DNA of 64,000 bases from Candidatus Anderseniibacteriota bacterium. GTDB lineage: Bacteria; Patescibacteriota; JAUYIX01. Position 1 is the stretch's first letter, and each line of letters opens with the position of its first letter. Both the position numbers and the translations under genes were made by a program. The notes beneath the pieces were generated by a model. It had not been told where the DNA came from. It searched no databases and saw only the letters and a list, made by a program, of their open reading frames with translations. Below are positions 8,371 through 18,005 of this stretch, in pieces. The stretch covers positions 217,420 to 281,419 of the forward strand of contig JAXLZM010000001.1 in the NCBI GenBank assembly GCA_046350855.1. The letters are read 5' to 3'.

Positions 8371-10557
8371 CTAGGCAAAAAAGGCTCGCAACACAAACGG
8401 GGTCACGAGGACTGAGAGTAGCCCGAGCGTCGTGAGCAGCACGACCGTAGTTTTGAGTGAGAGTGTACGACGTAACCCGAGCGTCAAGACCACGAGCAAC
8501 CCGCCAACGATTGGGTAGAGGTAGCGCGCCTGTGGCTGAAAATAATCGCGATTGAGGTAGGCGAGGCCGGCAAGTTCTGCCAAAAAAGCAGCGGCCATCC
8601 AACGCGTCAAGCGACGACCAAGTCGTTGCGTCGTTTGCAAGTGCACCGCTCCCGCCACACCTAACGCGATCGGCACGAGGTAGGCCACGTAGAGTAAATC
8701 AGGCAACGGCACGGTCCAACTGCCATAGCGTCCGACAAACGTCTGCCAGAGCACCACCACAAACGAGAGAGCGTAGTTCCAGGTGACGTTCTCGCGGTAG
8801 GGTGCCAGCTCTGGGAGTTCTCCCAAGTGTACCTCTGGTAGTACGAGTCCAGTTTGGTGGTAGTTAAAAATCAGCCAGGCGATGAGTGGAATGCTCGCGA
8901 TCAAGAGCGTGCCCAACCAAATGCGGAAGTGGTGGGCTCGACGCGCCAAAAGCGTGATGGCCAATCCGAGGACGAGGACGGCGGGCGCGGCAAACAGTTT
9001 GGACAAAACGGCGGCCGAACCCGCCAGTGCGGCGACCAGGTACCAGGCGGTGCTCCGGGCGCGGGCGCTGTCACTGCGGCGCCAGAGGTGCACCAGGGCC
9101 AGGGTGAGCAGGCTGACAAAAATAAAGGCGAGTCCATCGTCGTTGATGGTGGCAAATTCGTGCGCGAGCATGGGCAGCGCCGCAAAGAGGAGCAGCGGCA
9201 CGACGCGCCAGCCGCTCGGCAAGACCAAGCGCGAGATCGTAAAGACGAGGTAGAGTTGTACCAGACCGAGCAGGATCGCAAAGAGCCGCAGCGAGTCGGT
9301 ACCGAGACCGAGTGGACGAACCATCTTGAGCCAGGTGGCTCCGGCTAGATAGTAGAGCGGGGGCTGGTGGGGTTCGCGATTGACACCAAAGTCGATGGGG
9401 AACGGCTGCGGCAAGCGCCCGTAATCGGTGACGTAGCGTACATAGGTAGTGTGGCTGTCTTCGTCGTTACCCGCCCCGCGGGGTAAGAGCACGGCGATGA
9501 TGGTAGAAAGCGACAAAAAGAGTGCCAAGGCTAGTGTCAGGATCGTTTTTTCTAGGGTGGTGAGTGGGGTGTTTTGGGCCCGACCAGAAAAAACGCGCGC
9601 CGTGGTGGCGTGTTCGGCCAGACGCGCGGCCCGCTCAGGTGGTGCAAAGCGCCGCCGCGCCAGCGTGCGCAAAAACAGGGCGCGCCAAGAGGCGTTGAGC
9701 GCCTCGAGTTGGCAGTAGATCCAAAAGCGCGCCGTTTTGAGCGGGCCGCGCCAGTAGCGACGGGTTACGTACCGCAAGGTCTTTTTAAATTCTTGCAGAC
9801 GAGCGCGGCTGGCCCGGGCTCCGCCATAGAGCTGTTCGCCTGATTTGTTATGAGCGTGCACAACCACGGCACTCCCCAGCACGTAGGTTTGCTGATTTTG
9901 GCGGGCTAGCCGCCAGCAGAGCTCGAGATCCTCTGAGTACAAAAAAATGTTCTTGTCGAGCACGGTCGGGCCAGCGCCCGCTCGTGGAGTGCGCTCAAAA
10001 AGGAGGGCCGCACCCCAGGCACAGTCAACGGGAACCAATCCTCCCGCCCGCACCCGGCGCTCAAGCAGTTTTTCGGCAAAAAAGAGTTTGGCAATCTGGG
10101 CCCAGATACTGGGGAACCGATAAAAATTGGGCTGAAAACTCCCGTCGGGATACTGCAGGCGCGGGGCTAGTGCCCCAAAGCGACGCGCACCACCTCGAGA
10201 GTCAGCCGGGTGCGGAGTGTTTAAGCGATCTGCCTCGGCCACCAGCGCATCCAGGGCACCGGCCGTGACCTCGGTATCGGGGTTGAGTAACAAAATGTAG
10301 CGGCCGCGGGCCTGCTGGATAGCGCGGTTGTTAGCTCGAGCAAAGCCTTCGTTTTGGGTGTTTTGCAGGAGGGTGATGTGCCCGTGCGTGCGGGCCCAAC
10401 CTGCAACGTGTTGGGCGGTGCCATCTCCGGAGGCATTATCTACCACAAAAACCTCGTGACTCGCACGCGGCGCGTGACGTGTAAGTGCTGCCAGGCAGCG
10501 CTCGATATACGCGCGTGATTTATAAGTGACGATGATAATGGAGAGATCGAAGGTCAT
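8371..10557 (-). CDS. GT2 glycosyltransferase fused to a multi-TM GT-C (ArnT/PMT-like) domain
   Basis: N-term LSIIIVTY...VVDNASGDG...NEGFARANN...LLNPDT...YSEDLE. C-term NDEDSH...HQPPLYY and many TM helices. Confidence 0.8.
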   Translation of the reverse strand: MTFDLSIIIVTYKSRAYIERCLAALTRHAPRASHEVFVVDNASGDGTAQHVAGWARTHGHITLLQNTQNEGFARANNRAIQQARGRYILLLNPDTEVTAGALDALVAEADRLNTPHPADSRGGARRFGALAPRLQYPDGSFQPNFYRFPSIWAQIAKLFFAEKLLERRVRAGGLVPVDCAWGAALLFERTPRAGAGPTVLDKNIFLYSEDLELCWRLARQNQQTYVLGSAVVVHAHNKSGEQLYGGARASRARLQEFKKTLRYVTRRYWRGPLKTARFWIYCQLEALNASWRALFLRTLARRRFAPPERAARLAEHATTARVFSGRAQNTPLTTLEKTILTLALALFLSLSTIIAVLLPRGAGNDEDSHTTYVRYVTDYGRLPQPFPIDFGVNREPHQPPLYYLAGATWLKMVRPLGLGTDSLRLFAILLGLVQLYLVFTISRLVLPSGWRVVPLLLFAALPMLAHEFATINDDGLAFIFVSLLTLALVHLWRRSDSARARSTAWYLVAALAGSAAVLSKLFAAPAVLVLGLAITLLARRAHHFRIWLGTLLIASIPLIAWLIFNYHQTGLVLPEVHLGELPELAPYRENVTWNYALSFVVVLWQTFVGRYGSWTVPLPDLLYVAYLVPIALGVAGAVHLQTTQRLGRRLTRWMAAAFLAELAGLAYLNRDYFQPQARYLYPIVGGLLVVLTLGLRRTLSLKTTVVLLTTLGLLSVLVTPFVLRAFFA

Positions 10558-11760
10558 ACGGTCGGTCGCTCCGTACGCCAACGAGTGGCGGTCTCGCCCC
10601 GTAGATAATCGATCGCGCCTACCAGGCTAGCCACATTAGTCAGGACAAAAAAGGCCAGGGCCGCAAATGGACTAAAGAGCAACCCCAGTCCCGCGGCGAG
10701 GAGTGCCGCCACTTGGAGCACCAGCACCACCCCAAAGCCGGGTGCACCGACCAATACAAGTGCCAGCGTAGCGATCAAGGTCAAACCAAGCAGCTCGACC
10801 CCGATCCAGCGCAAAAACTTGTGCGAGAGGAGCAACATACACAATCCAGGTCGACGCAGCGGTGTGGCCGCACGCAGCAACAGTGGCAACGCGACAAAGC
10901 CTTGCGTCACGAGTCGGCGCTTACGCCGGAACTCCTGCCAGACCGAGGTAGTACTGGGCTCGAGCCCGACCGCCTCGGGCACATACTCCACACGTTTACC
11001 TCGGGCCACGAGCAAAACCGGTAGCACCAAATCACTGACCAAACGCGGCTGTAAACGGATATAGTCACTCCGTCGCACGGCATAAATCGGGCCGTTGACC
11101 CCGACCGTTGAGAGCAATCGACTCTCCCCTTGCTTAATCACGTGATCCAAGCGACGAGACATTATCATTAACCCGCTCGAGTTGGGTTGTGGCGTTTGAG
11201 TGGCTACGGATCAGGTGGAGCGCTCCCGTTGTTTACCGCGACAGGTGGTCCGCAAATGGCAAGGCAAGCGGCGGACCGCATGCGTTGCCGAAGAGATATT
11301 GCCATCCGAAAACGACGATCTCTGGTTTGCGGTTGTTGCACCCAGATATAGTGTACGATTTTGACATTCCGTTTTACCGATGCGACCTCATAGCGGATCA
11401 AACGATTTGAGGTTGGCCGGCGCGCGAGAGCCGCTGCAAGGTGCATTACCAACTGATCGGTCCCATCAGTTTGACCATCAAAAAACACGACGTCTCAGAA
11501 CCGCCTGACAGGTAATCTTGTATAAGCAGGGTTTTAAGAGTCGCCAAAATAGTGTCTCGCTCGTTATAGGCCGCGACCACGACATCGAGACACGGGGTAG
11601 TAGTTCTGAGCTGAGCCGCGGGGTTAGCAGCGGAGAGCGCCCCCTCCTGAGAAATAGTCAAAACGATCCAGAGCAAAGGTAGCCCAAAAACGCATCGCCT
11701 TTAAGCCCAAGCTTAGATAAAAAATCACTTGCCAAATGAGCGTGGGCAGATGTACCGCGA
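10554..11760 (-). pseudogene. GT2 (IcaA/CesA-like) glycosyltransferase broken by several frameshifts (decay or sequencing errors)
   Basis: Fragments VVVAAYNE, DGQTDGT and GVNGPIYAVRR...EFRRKRR...SHKFLRW lie in different frames. Confidence 0.65.
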
Positions 11761-11948
11761 CACCGTTGCTTTGCCCCAGGCGCCGACGCAGTTCTCCCCC
11801 TAAGGGTCGCAAGCTCCGCATGTACGCGAGGTCATAAGGCTGACCGGTTGGCGTTCAGCCAACACCGCTTGGCGCGCGCAGCTTTCTCCATGATCCCACT
11901 CATCACGAGTGACCAGCGCGGAAACGTCCGCACCGGCTCGTAGGCCCG

Positions 11949-12695
11949 TCAAAAAGCTGCGTGGCCAACGGCACGCGGCCAGGGCAAGAGCCGCATGCCA
12001 AACCAGTAGTGGTTGCGCAGCTCCAAACGATCCCGATTGTAGTTGCGGCCAGCTGGTGTGACCTTATGGTAGACCTTGATGTCAGGCGTATACCAAATCT
12101 CGTAGCCGCGATCGAGCATGCGGTAGGAGAGGTCCTTCTCCTCGGTCGAATAAAAATAGCGCTCGGGGTATAAACCGGTCTCGTTGAGCGCGCTGGCCCG
12201 AATAGCATGGCCGGCCCCGGGATAGTAATAGGTCTCAAACGGTCGCGCCCGATCTCGCGCTGGCAATCGGCCCGGAAACCCCCAGTGCAAATTTTTGTCG
12301 GGCGTAAAATAGCTGCGCTCCTCAAAGGCCAGCACCCCCAGCATCGGTTTAACCCTAAAATATTGTACGATCCGCTCGGTCGCACGCACGTCACGGTAGC
12401 TGGCATCGTCGTCCACGCAGACGATAATCTCGCCCCGCGCCACGCGCATCCCAGCATTACGACCCCCCGCCACCCCCAAATTTTTGCTCGGCTGAACCAC
12501 GCGCACCCAACCAAATCGCTCGCGCAAGAGCTGCAAGGTAGGTTCATCCGGGCCATTGACGACCACAATGACCTCGAGCGGTTTGTAGGTTTGCTGCGCG
12601 AGAGCGACAAGATTTTCGGCGAGGTCGGCCGTGCGGTTACGCGTCAAAATCACGTAGCTAACCAGGGGGCTCAGGGCCGATTGGGCGACTTCCAT
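11949..12695 (-). CDS. GT2 glycosyltransferase (3' end probably frameshifted)
   Basis: VSYVILTRNR...NLGVAGGRN...VDDDA...YSTEEKDLSYR. Confidence 0.85.
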   Translation of the reverse strand: MEVAQSALSPLVSYVILTRNRTADLAENLVALAQQTYKPLEVIVVVNGPDEPTLQLLRERFGWVRVVQPSKNLGVAGGRNAGMRVARGEIIVCVDDDASYRDVRATERIVQYFRVKPMLGVLAFEERSYFTPDKNLHWGFPGRLPARDRARPFETYYYPGAGHAIRASALNETGLYPERYFYSTEEKDLSYRMLDRGYEIWYTPDIKVYHKVTPAGRNYNRDRLELRNHYWFGMRLLPWPRAVGHAAF

Positions 12696-12744
12696 AGTCG
12701 ACGGAGTATGTCAGGATTGGTCTGGTTTTTCAAGGGCCTAAGCC

Positions 12745-12782
12745 AAAACAAAAAGGCCGGCTGGAAGTTTCCAACACGGCCT
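12745..12782 (-). terminator. Intrinsic terminator of the small membrane-protein cassette
   Basis: AGGCCG...UGGAA/UUCCA...CGGCCU followed by UUUUGUUUU. Confidence 0.6.
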
Positions 12783-12809
12783 CATGATGACGACACGACG
12801 GACGCAGAG

Positions 12810-13180
12810 CTAGTGCTCCTTGTGGAGCAACTCGAACGGCTTGCGCACCTTGCGCTTGACCCGCACGCCGCCGGTGACGATGACGTACCCGAGACCCGTC
12901 ACGATCAGGACGGTGATGACCAAGATCTTCAGTTCGAGGATGAGGTATGGTCCTTTCGGTCGGTGCGCAGCCGGACGAACTCCAGCAGTACGCCACACGC
13001 GACAATTGCGAGAACCGCGACTCCAATGCCAGCACCACAGAGGTAGACCGGGATGACGCCGATGTAGCCCTGCATGGTGAGCATGCCGCTGATGCCGGCG
13101 GCCACCACGCAGACCAAGAACACGACGATGAAGTTGACGATCCAGGTTTGTAGTTTTTTCTCGGTGGTCTCCAGGGACAT
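12810..13180 (-). CDS. Small membrane protein (probably one gene with a frameshift near 12950)
   Basis: Two overlapping hydrophobic ORFs (12929-13180, 12810-12998); AAGGAG SD. Confidence 0.5.
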
Positions 13181-13184
13181 TGTG

Positions 13185-13415
13185 CTACTCCTTGTCGATC
13201 TGGGCCTCGGCGGGAGCCGACTTGAGTAGGCTCGGGTAGAACATGATCACCAGGCCGACCAGCGTGGTCAGGCTGATGGTGAAGATCTCGAGCGCGATCC
13301 GCGAGTAGCGGATGTGCCCAATGTAGTTGAGGTCGTCCCCGATCAAGAACTGACCGGAGAGAAAGGCAACGAGACAGACAAAGCCGAGAATCTCGAGGGC
13401 GAGGCGACGGTTCAT
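13185..13415 (-). CDS. Small two-TM hypothetical protein (76 aa)
   Basis: AAGGAGG SD before MNRRLALEILG; two hydrophobic segments. Confidence 0.65.
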   Translation of the reverse strand: MNRRLALEILGFVCLVAFLSGQFLIGDDLNYIGHIRYSRIALEIFTISLTTLVGLVIMFYPSLLKSAPAEAQIDKE

Positions 13416-13590
13416 GGATCCTCCTTGGAGCTCTAGGGTGTGTCGATATTCCTGTGTCCGTGCTGGCCTTTTGGGGTGTCTAGTAGTCACAAAAAAAACC
13501 AACAGGGGCACAGGACTGTCAAAGAACTGACTCAAAAAACTAGCACAATTTAGGCCCAAAGTCAACCGGGCTTTTTTTGCCCCGGGAGGC

Positions 13591-15591
13591 CTAGCGCAGC
13601 TGCCGCAGGGCAAAAAGAACCTGTTGCTGCAAGGTCTTTTGGAGCGCTGCATCACCCAGCTGCAGATAGAGCAGCCCCGGGAGGTAGCCAAGATAGGCGG
13701 TGTTTTTAGTGGGATTGATGGCTAAGAGTGCCCCGTCTTGTGCCTCAAGATAGGTCGTCGTACCCGGGCCCGCCGTGACGGCCTGCAGGGTGCGTAGACC
13801 CTCGGATTTATTTTGCTCGAGCACGGCATCGCCAATCGTCACGGTTTGTCCGACCGTTTGCGGATCGATTGCGGTGCTCACGCGCGCGGTCGTGGCCTTA
13901 CCCGATTGCAGGCCGGTTAGACCGAACCATTCTTGAATTTGTTGCGCGTCTCGCTCACCGGTCAGGGAGAACTCCGCAAAGCGCATGTCCGCAATGAGGT
14001 TGCCGCCCCGCGCGTGCCAGGCCTTGATCGTAGCCAAGGTCGGCTCGGGCACCACAAACTGGTAGGGTGCAATCAAGGTGTCGTAGTCCGCCAACCGTCC
14101 CGCAGCGATAGCCTCGTCCGACAAGACCGCCACGGGTACTCCCGCCTCCTCGAGCAACTTAAACATCCCCTGCAGATTAGTCTGCCAAAAGTCATAGGGC
14201 TCCCCCGCCTTGGTAAATTCTCGGCTGGCATGCACGCCATAGGCCATCCAGCGTGAGGCCAAGAGCGCCACCGGTTTTTGCGTAAAGGCTGTACGCTCGG
14301 CCATGGTCTGCTTGAGCGTACGTTGCCAAGTGTACGTGCCATCTTTGTCCCACTGCTGCAAAAAGTTTGCGACGCCCAATCCGGCAGAACCGTTACGCAT
14401 AGCCCAGCGGATGCTCTCTTGGACGATGACATCCCGCCGCTGGCCAACCTCGGGTGGAGCAATTGGTTCAACCGAATCCTCATAGATCACCGTGGCCCCA
14501 TTACCCCGGGCGTGACTGACCATAACGCCGACGATAGAGGGATCGCTGATGCTGCCGTCACCGGTCAAGTGGTGGCAGTCCACCGCGACGATGTCGGCAT
14601 AGCGCGCCACCAACTCCAACGGACTGGTAAAGATCGCGTCAATTTTGGTGAGGACCTCGCCAAAGTGGAGGTAGACTTTGCCACCCGCGCGCTTAATAGT
14701 TTGACTAGCACCCTGCACCGCGGACTCCAGGGCCCGCTCGCGGAACTGCATCAAGTCGACAAAACGCGGATCGAGATCGGGATTGAGGCCAACCTGGTTG
14801 TAGTCAACCCGCAGCATGGGCGCTTCGGCAAAACTGGTGTAACTAGTGTGCCAGCGGGCGTTGAGCGCAGTGACAGTGCCGTACTCGTCCTGTAAATACT
14901 CCGCAAACTCCGCGCGCGCACTTGGCCCATAGTCCTGCCACTTAAACCCCTGCTGCGCAAAACGTGTCTCCATTTGGTTGTTGAGGTTGGGGTTAAAGGC
15001 CAGCATGCGGTCACCATAGCGGCTTGTATAATGCTGAACAGCCTCGCGCAGGTAGCTCTGATAGGCCTCGTTGCCGGCCTTGTGTGTAAACGAGAGTTGC
15101 GGATAGTGCGTGCCGTCAAAATCTTGTGAGGCGGCCTCGGGGTAGCGTTCAAAGAGCCAGGTAGGGGCGGCTTGGTACTCCGGCTTAGTTTGGTCCGTAC
15201 CAAAGAGCATGCCGGCGTCGAGCACGAGGATTACATTAAGTCCATGGTCGCGGACGTGGTCGAGGTAAGGATCGTAGCTCGCAAATTCAAACTGGCCCGG
15301 GGTGTGCTCGACGCCTTGCCAGGGCACGTCGGTGATAATAGTGTTGGCACCCCAAGATTTGATATCGTCCAAAAAGCGATCCCAGGAGGTCAGGTTGGCG
15401 TGTTCGGCCTGCCAACTCCAAATAGAAAAATACACGATCGGCTCGTTGTTGGCGGTTTTTAGGGTTGGGCGTTGTTCGACATACGGCGTATTGGTCGGAA
15501 CGGCCGTATGCGAGCGCCAGTACCAAACCCCAAAACCTCCCGCAATCAAGAGGAGTGCTAGGCTTAAAAAGATGAGGAGGTTACGGCGCAT
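13591..15591 (-). CDS. Membrane-anchored GH42-like (beta-galactosidase family) glycoside hydrolase
   Basis: N-terminal TM; VPWQGVEHTPGQFEF, APTWL, YGTVTALNARWHTSYTSF; C-terminal trimerisation-like domain (LADYDTLIAP...GGNLI). Confidence 0.75.
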   Translation of the reverse strand: MRRNLLIFLSLALLLIAGGFGVWYWRSHTAVPTNTPYVEQRPTLKTANNEPIVYFSIWSWQAEHANLTSWDRFLDDIKSWGANTIITDVPWQGVEHTPGQFEFASYDPYLDHVRDHGLNVILVLDAGMLFGTDQTKPEYQAAPTWLFERYPEAASQDFDGTHYPQLSFTHKAGNEAYQSYLREAVQHYTSRYGDRMLAFNPNLNNQMETRFAQQGFKWQDYGPSARAEFAEYLQDEYGTVTALNARWHTSYTSFAEAPMLRVDYNQVGLNPDLDPRFVDLMQFRERALESAVQGASQTIKRAGGKVYLHFGEVLTKIDAIFTSPLELVARYADIVAVDCHHLTGDGSISDPSIVGVMVSHARGNGATVIYEDSVEPIAPPEVGQRRDVIVQESIRWAMRNGSAGLGVANFLQQWDKDGTYTWQRTLKQTMAERTAFTQKPVALLASRWMAYGVHASREFTKAGEPYDFWQTNLQGMFKLLEEAGVPVAVLSDEAIAAGRLADYDTLIAPYQFVVPEPTLATIKAWHARGGNLIADMRFAEFSLTGERDAQQIQEWFGLTGLQSGKATTARVSTAIDPQTVGQTVTIGDAVLEQNKSEGLRTLQAVTAGPGTTTYLEAQDGALLAINPTKNTAYLGYLPGLLYLQLGDAALQKTLQQQVLFALRQLR

Positions 15592-17983
15592 GGCGTTTTT
15601 TCTTGATCAAAAAAATACAGAGGGGAACGGTGATGAGCAGAATCAATCCTAACACGGACAAGCCCTTACCGTAGCGGATAGAACGCGGCTCGTAGCGCAA
15701 CTCGATGCGGTGCGGACCGGCGTGGACAAAGACGGCTCTAAAATTGAGGTCGGCTTGCTCGATCTCGGTTGGCACCTCGTCCACGTACGCCACCCAGCCG
15801 GGGTAATAGGTATCGGAGACCACGACGTACTGGTCGGCCGGGGCGGTCAAGAGTAGCGAGAGAGAGTTATTTTTGTAAGACTCGAGTGTGATCGGGACCG
15901 TGCGGTCGACCCGCTCGGGGTAGGCAAAAAAGGAGAGGTCGCTCGCCAAAAAAGCCCGCGGCCAGACGCGTAGGTTCTCATAGAGAATAAAATCCGGGGT
16001 TTGCAGCACGGGTCGGTACGAGGGTAGTTCTTCCGGACGAAGGCCCATGATCGTAACCAACTCGTACTCGTCGCGCGCCAAGATGTAGCGCACCCCAATG
16101 GCACTGAGATACTGCGCTTGCGCGGCGGTAATCCCCTGGCTGTTACCGAGCGAGGCGACGTAGGTACTAAAGGCACGCTGCTGATCAGCCACCCCGAGCG
16201 AGTCGTAGACCCGCGGATCCAAAAAGCCGTAGTACATGCCGAGGTTGGGCCAGACGTGTGCGGTACTGGAGATCGACATAAAACGGTCGACCCGCGCCTG
16301 CTGTTGGAGGTAGCGCAGGAGAGGCGTGACGGGATAGTGCTGGGCGGGTGTGGTGGCGGGCTGGTACCAGAGTCCGTGTAAGCCGGTCTCAGCCAGCATG
16401 ACGAGGGCAGCCACCCCAAACGCAACCCAACGCCAGCGGGTCAAGGCAAAGACGAGAGCGAGGAGCCCCGCGTCGAGCGCAATAAACGGTAGCACCCAGT
16501 GCAGATAGCGTAGGTAGGTCGTCGTGAGTTCCCCACTCGGCAGAACCTGCTCCATCCCCACCAAAAACGTGAGGACGGTTGCCGCACCGAGAAGGGTCAG
16601 TGCACCCGTCACACCGATCCAACGTGCGGTCCGGCTGGCCCGCCGCTCGATCAGGTTCGACCAAAAGAGAGCTGCTAAGACACAGAGAGCAAACGCGGCC
16701 GCAAACAGCAAGCGAATGTGATTGGTGCTATCGAGGAGCGGTACGCGCGTGAGCAAAGTAAACCAGTGGGGTGCGTGATAGACCAACCCAAGAGTGCCGG
16801 CTAGGAGTGCCACAAAAAACCAAACACGTTTGCTCCTGGCACAGGCAACGATCCCCGCCAGAGCACTCCCCACCACGAGCAAACCGACGTAACCGGAGGT
16901 GACATCGTTGTAGTTGGTGGCACTCGCCACAAACCCTGGCACCTGGGCGAGGCCGTGCCAGGCCTGGTTACCGAGCAGATCCGGAACCACATTGAGACCG
17001 ATGTAGCGCACCAAGAGCCAGTAGGGATTTTGTGCCAGGGAACTGCGGGCGACTAGTTCAAAACTGTGCTGGAGGTACTCGATAAAGGGCAGCAATTGCA
17101 CGCCGGTGAGTGCTAGACCGACTAGGCCTGCCAACAGTAAGCCGAGTGCGACACCCAGTTTGCGGCGCCAGTGTTTGAGCCCGCCTGTTGGGCCGTACGT
17201 TTTAAAAAGCAAGATCGCCAGCGCGTAGGCAACAATAATCAAAGCGCAGTGGGTAAAGGTCTGCACGTGCCCGGCCAAAAATCCAGCCGCGAGCGCTAGC
17301 GCAAAGCCGACGTAGTTGCGCAGCTGACTAGGGTGATTGGTGGCACGTTCTACTAGCCAAAGACCCAGCGGCAAAAAGAACATCACCGTCGGGATCGGCC
17401 AGTAGAGCCAGACCATGTTGCTGCCCGCAAACATAAAGGCGGCCGCGCCAAAGAGCGCGGGCAGATGTCGCACCCGGATCTCGCGTAGGTAGCAGTAGGT
17501 AAAAAAGCCGATCAAAAACAATTTGGCCGCCATAGCGAGCAAGAGTCCCCACTTGTACCCGAGGACGATCACAAGCCAGGTCAGCGGGTAAAACAATGCG
17601 GACTGAGAGTTGGCTACGTGGGGGACACCGTTACCTTGGTAGGGGTTCCACCAAGGAAACTCACCTTCTTTGAGTGAGCGCCGATCAAATTGGTACCAGG
17701 GTTCAAACTGTAAAATTGCATCGCCGGAGAGGGGATTTTGCGGTTGAACAGCGGGGGAGTCGCTCGTCTCTGGTGGAGCCGTTCCGCCGCTGGCCGCTGG
17801 CTCAGCGAGTCGCGTGGTCGACTCAATTTGTAAAATGTCGGCAGGGGAGTTGAGCCTGTCGGTAAAAAGGGTCCGCGCAAAAAATCCGACCAACAAGAGC
17901 AGTAGGATCGCCGCCGCCCAAAGATATCGAGAACGCAAAAAACGGAGCAGTAACCGTAGCGCCACTCGCCCACCGGCCAGCAT
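15581..17983 (-). CDS. YfhO family membrane protein (GT-C)
   Basis: PWWNPYQGNGVP...ALFYP; many TMs; C-terminal VVSDTYYPGWVAYVD...GPHRIELRYEP. Confidence 0.85.
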   Translation of the reverse strand: MLAGGRVALRLLLRFLRSRYLWAAAILLLLLVGFFARTLFTDRLNSPADILQIESTTRLAEPAASGGTAPPETSDSPAVQPQNPLSGDAILQFEPWYQFDRRSLKEGEFPWWNPYQGNGVPHVANSQSALFYPLTWLVIVLGYKWGLLLAMAAKLFLIGFFTYCYLREIRVRHLPALFGAAAFMFAGSNMVWLYWPIPTVMFFLPLGLWLVERATNHPSQLRNYVGFALALAAGFLAGHVQTFTHCALIIVAYALAILLFKTYGPTGGLKHWRRKLGVALGLLLAGLVGLALTGVQLLPFIEYLQHSFELVARSSLAQNPYWLLVRYIGLNVVPDLLGNQAWHGLAQVPGFVASATNYNDVTSGYVGLLVVGSALAGIVACARSKRVWFFVALLAGTLGLVYHAPHWFTLLTRVPLLDSTNHIRLLFAAAFALCVLAALFWSNLIERRASRTARWIGVTGALTLLGAATVLTFLVGMEQVLPSGELTTTYLRYLHWVLPFIALDAGLLALVFALTRWRWVAFGVAALVMLAETGLHGLWYQPATTPAQHYPVTPLLRYLQQQARVDRFMSISSTAHVWPNLGMYYGFLDPRVYDSLGVADQQRAFSTYVASLGNSQGITAAQAQYLSAIGVRYILARDEYELVTIMGLRPEELPSYRPVLQTPDFILYENLRVWPRAFLASDLSFFAYPERVDRTVPITLESYKNNSLSLLLTAPADQYVVVSDTYYPGWVAYVDEVPTEIEQADLNFRAVFVHAGPHRIELRYEPRSIRYGKGLSVLGLILLITVPLCIFLIKKKRHAP

Positions 17984-18005
17984 TTTTTGTGAAATTTCTC
18001 TCGTC

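Noticed and set aside
10554-11950. Broken GT2 genes as phase-variable glycosylation switches
   Set aside because: There are several scattered breaks and no long SSR; decay or a low-quality sequence patch is more likely.
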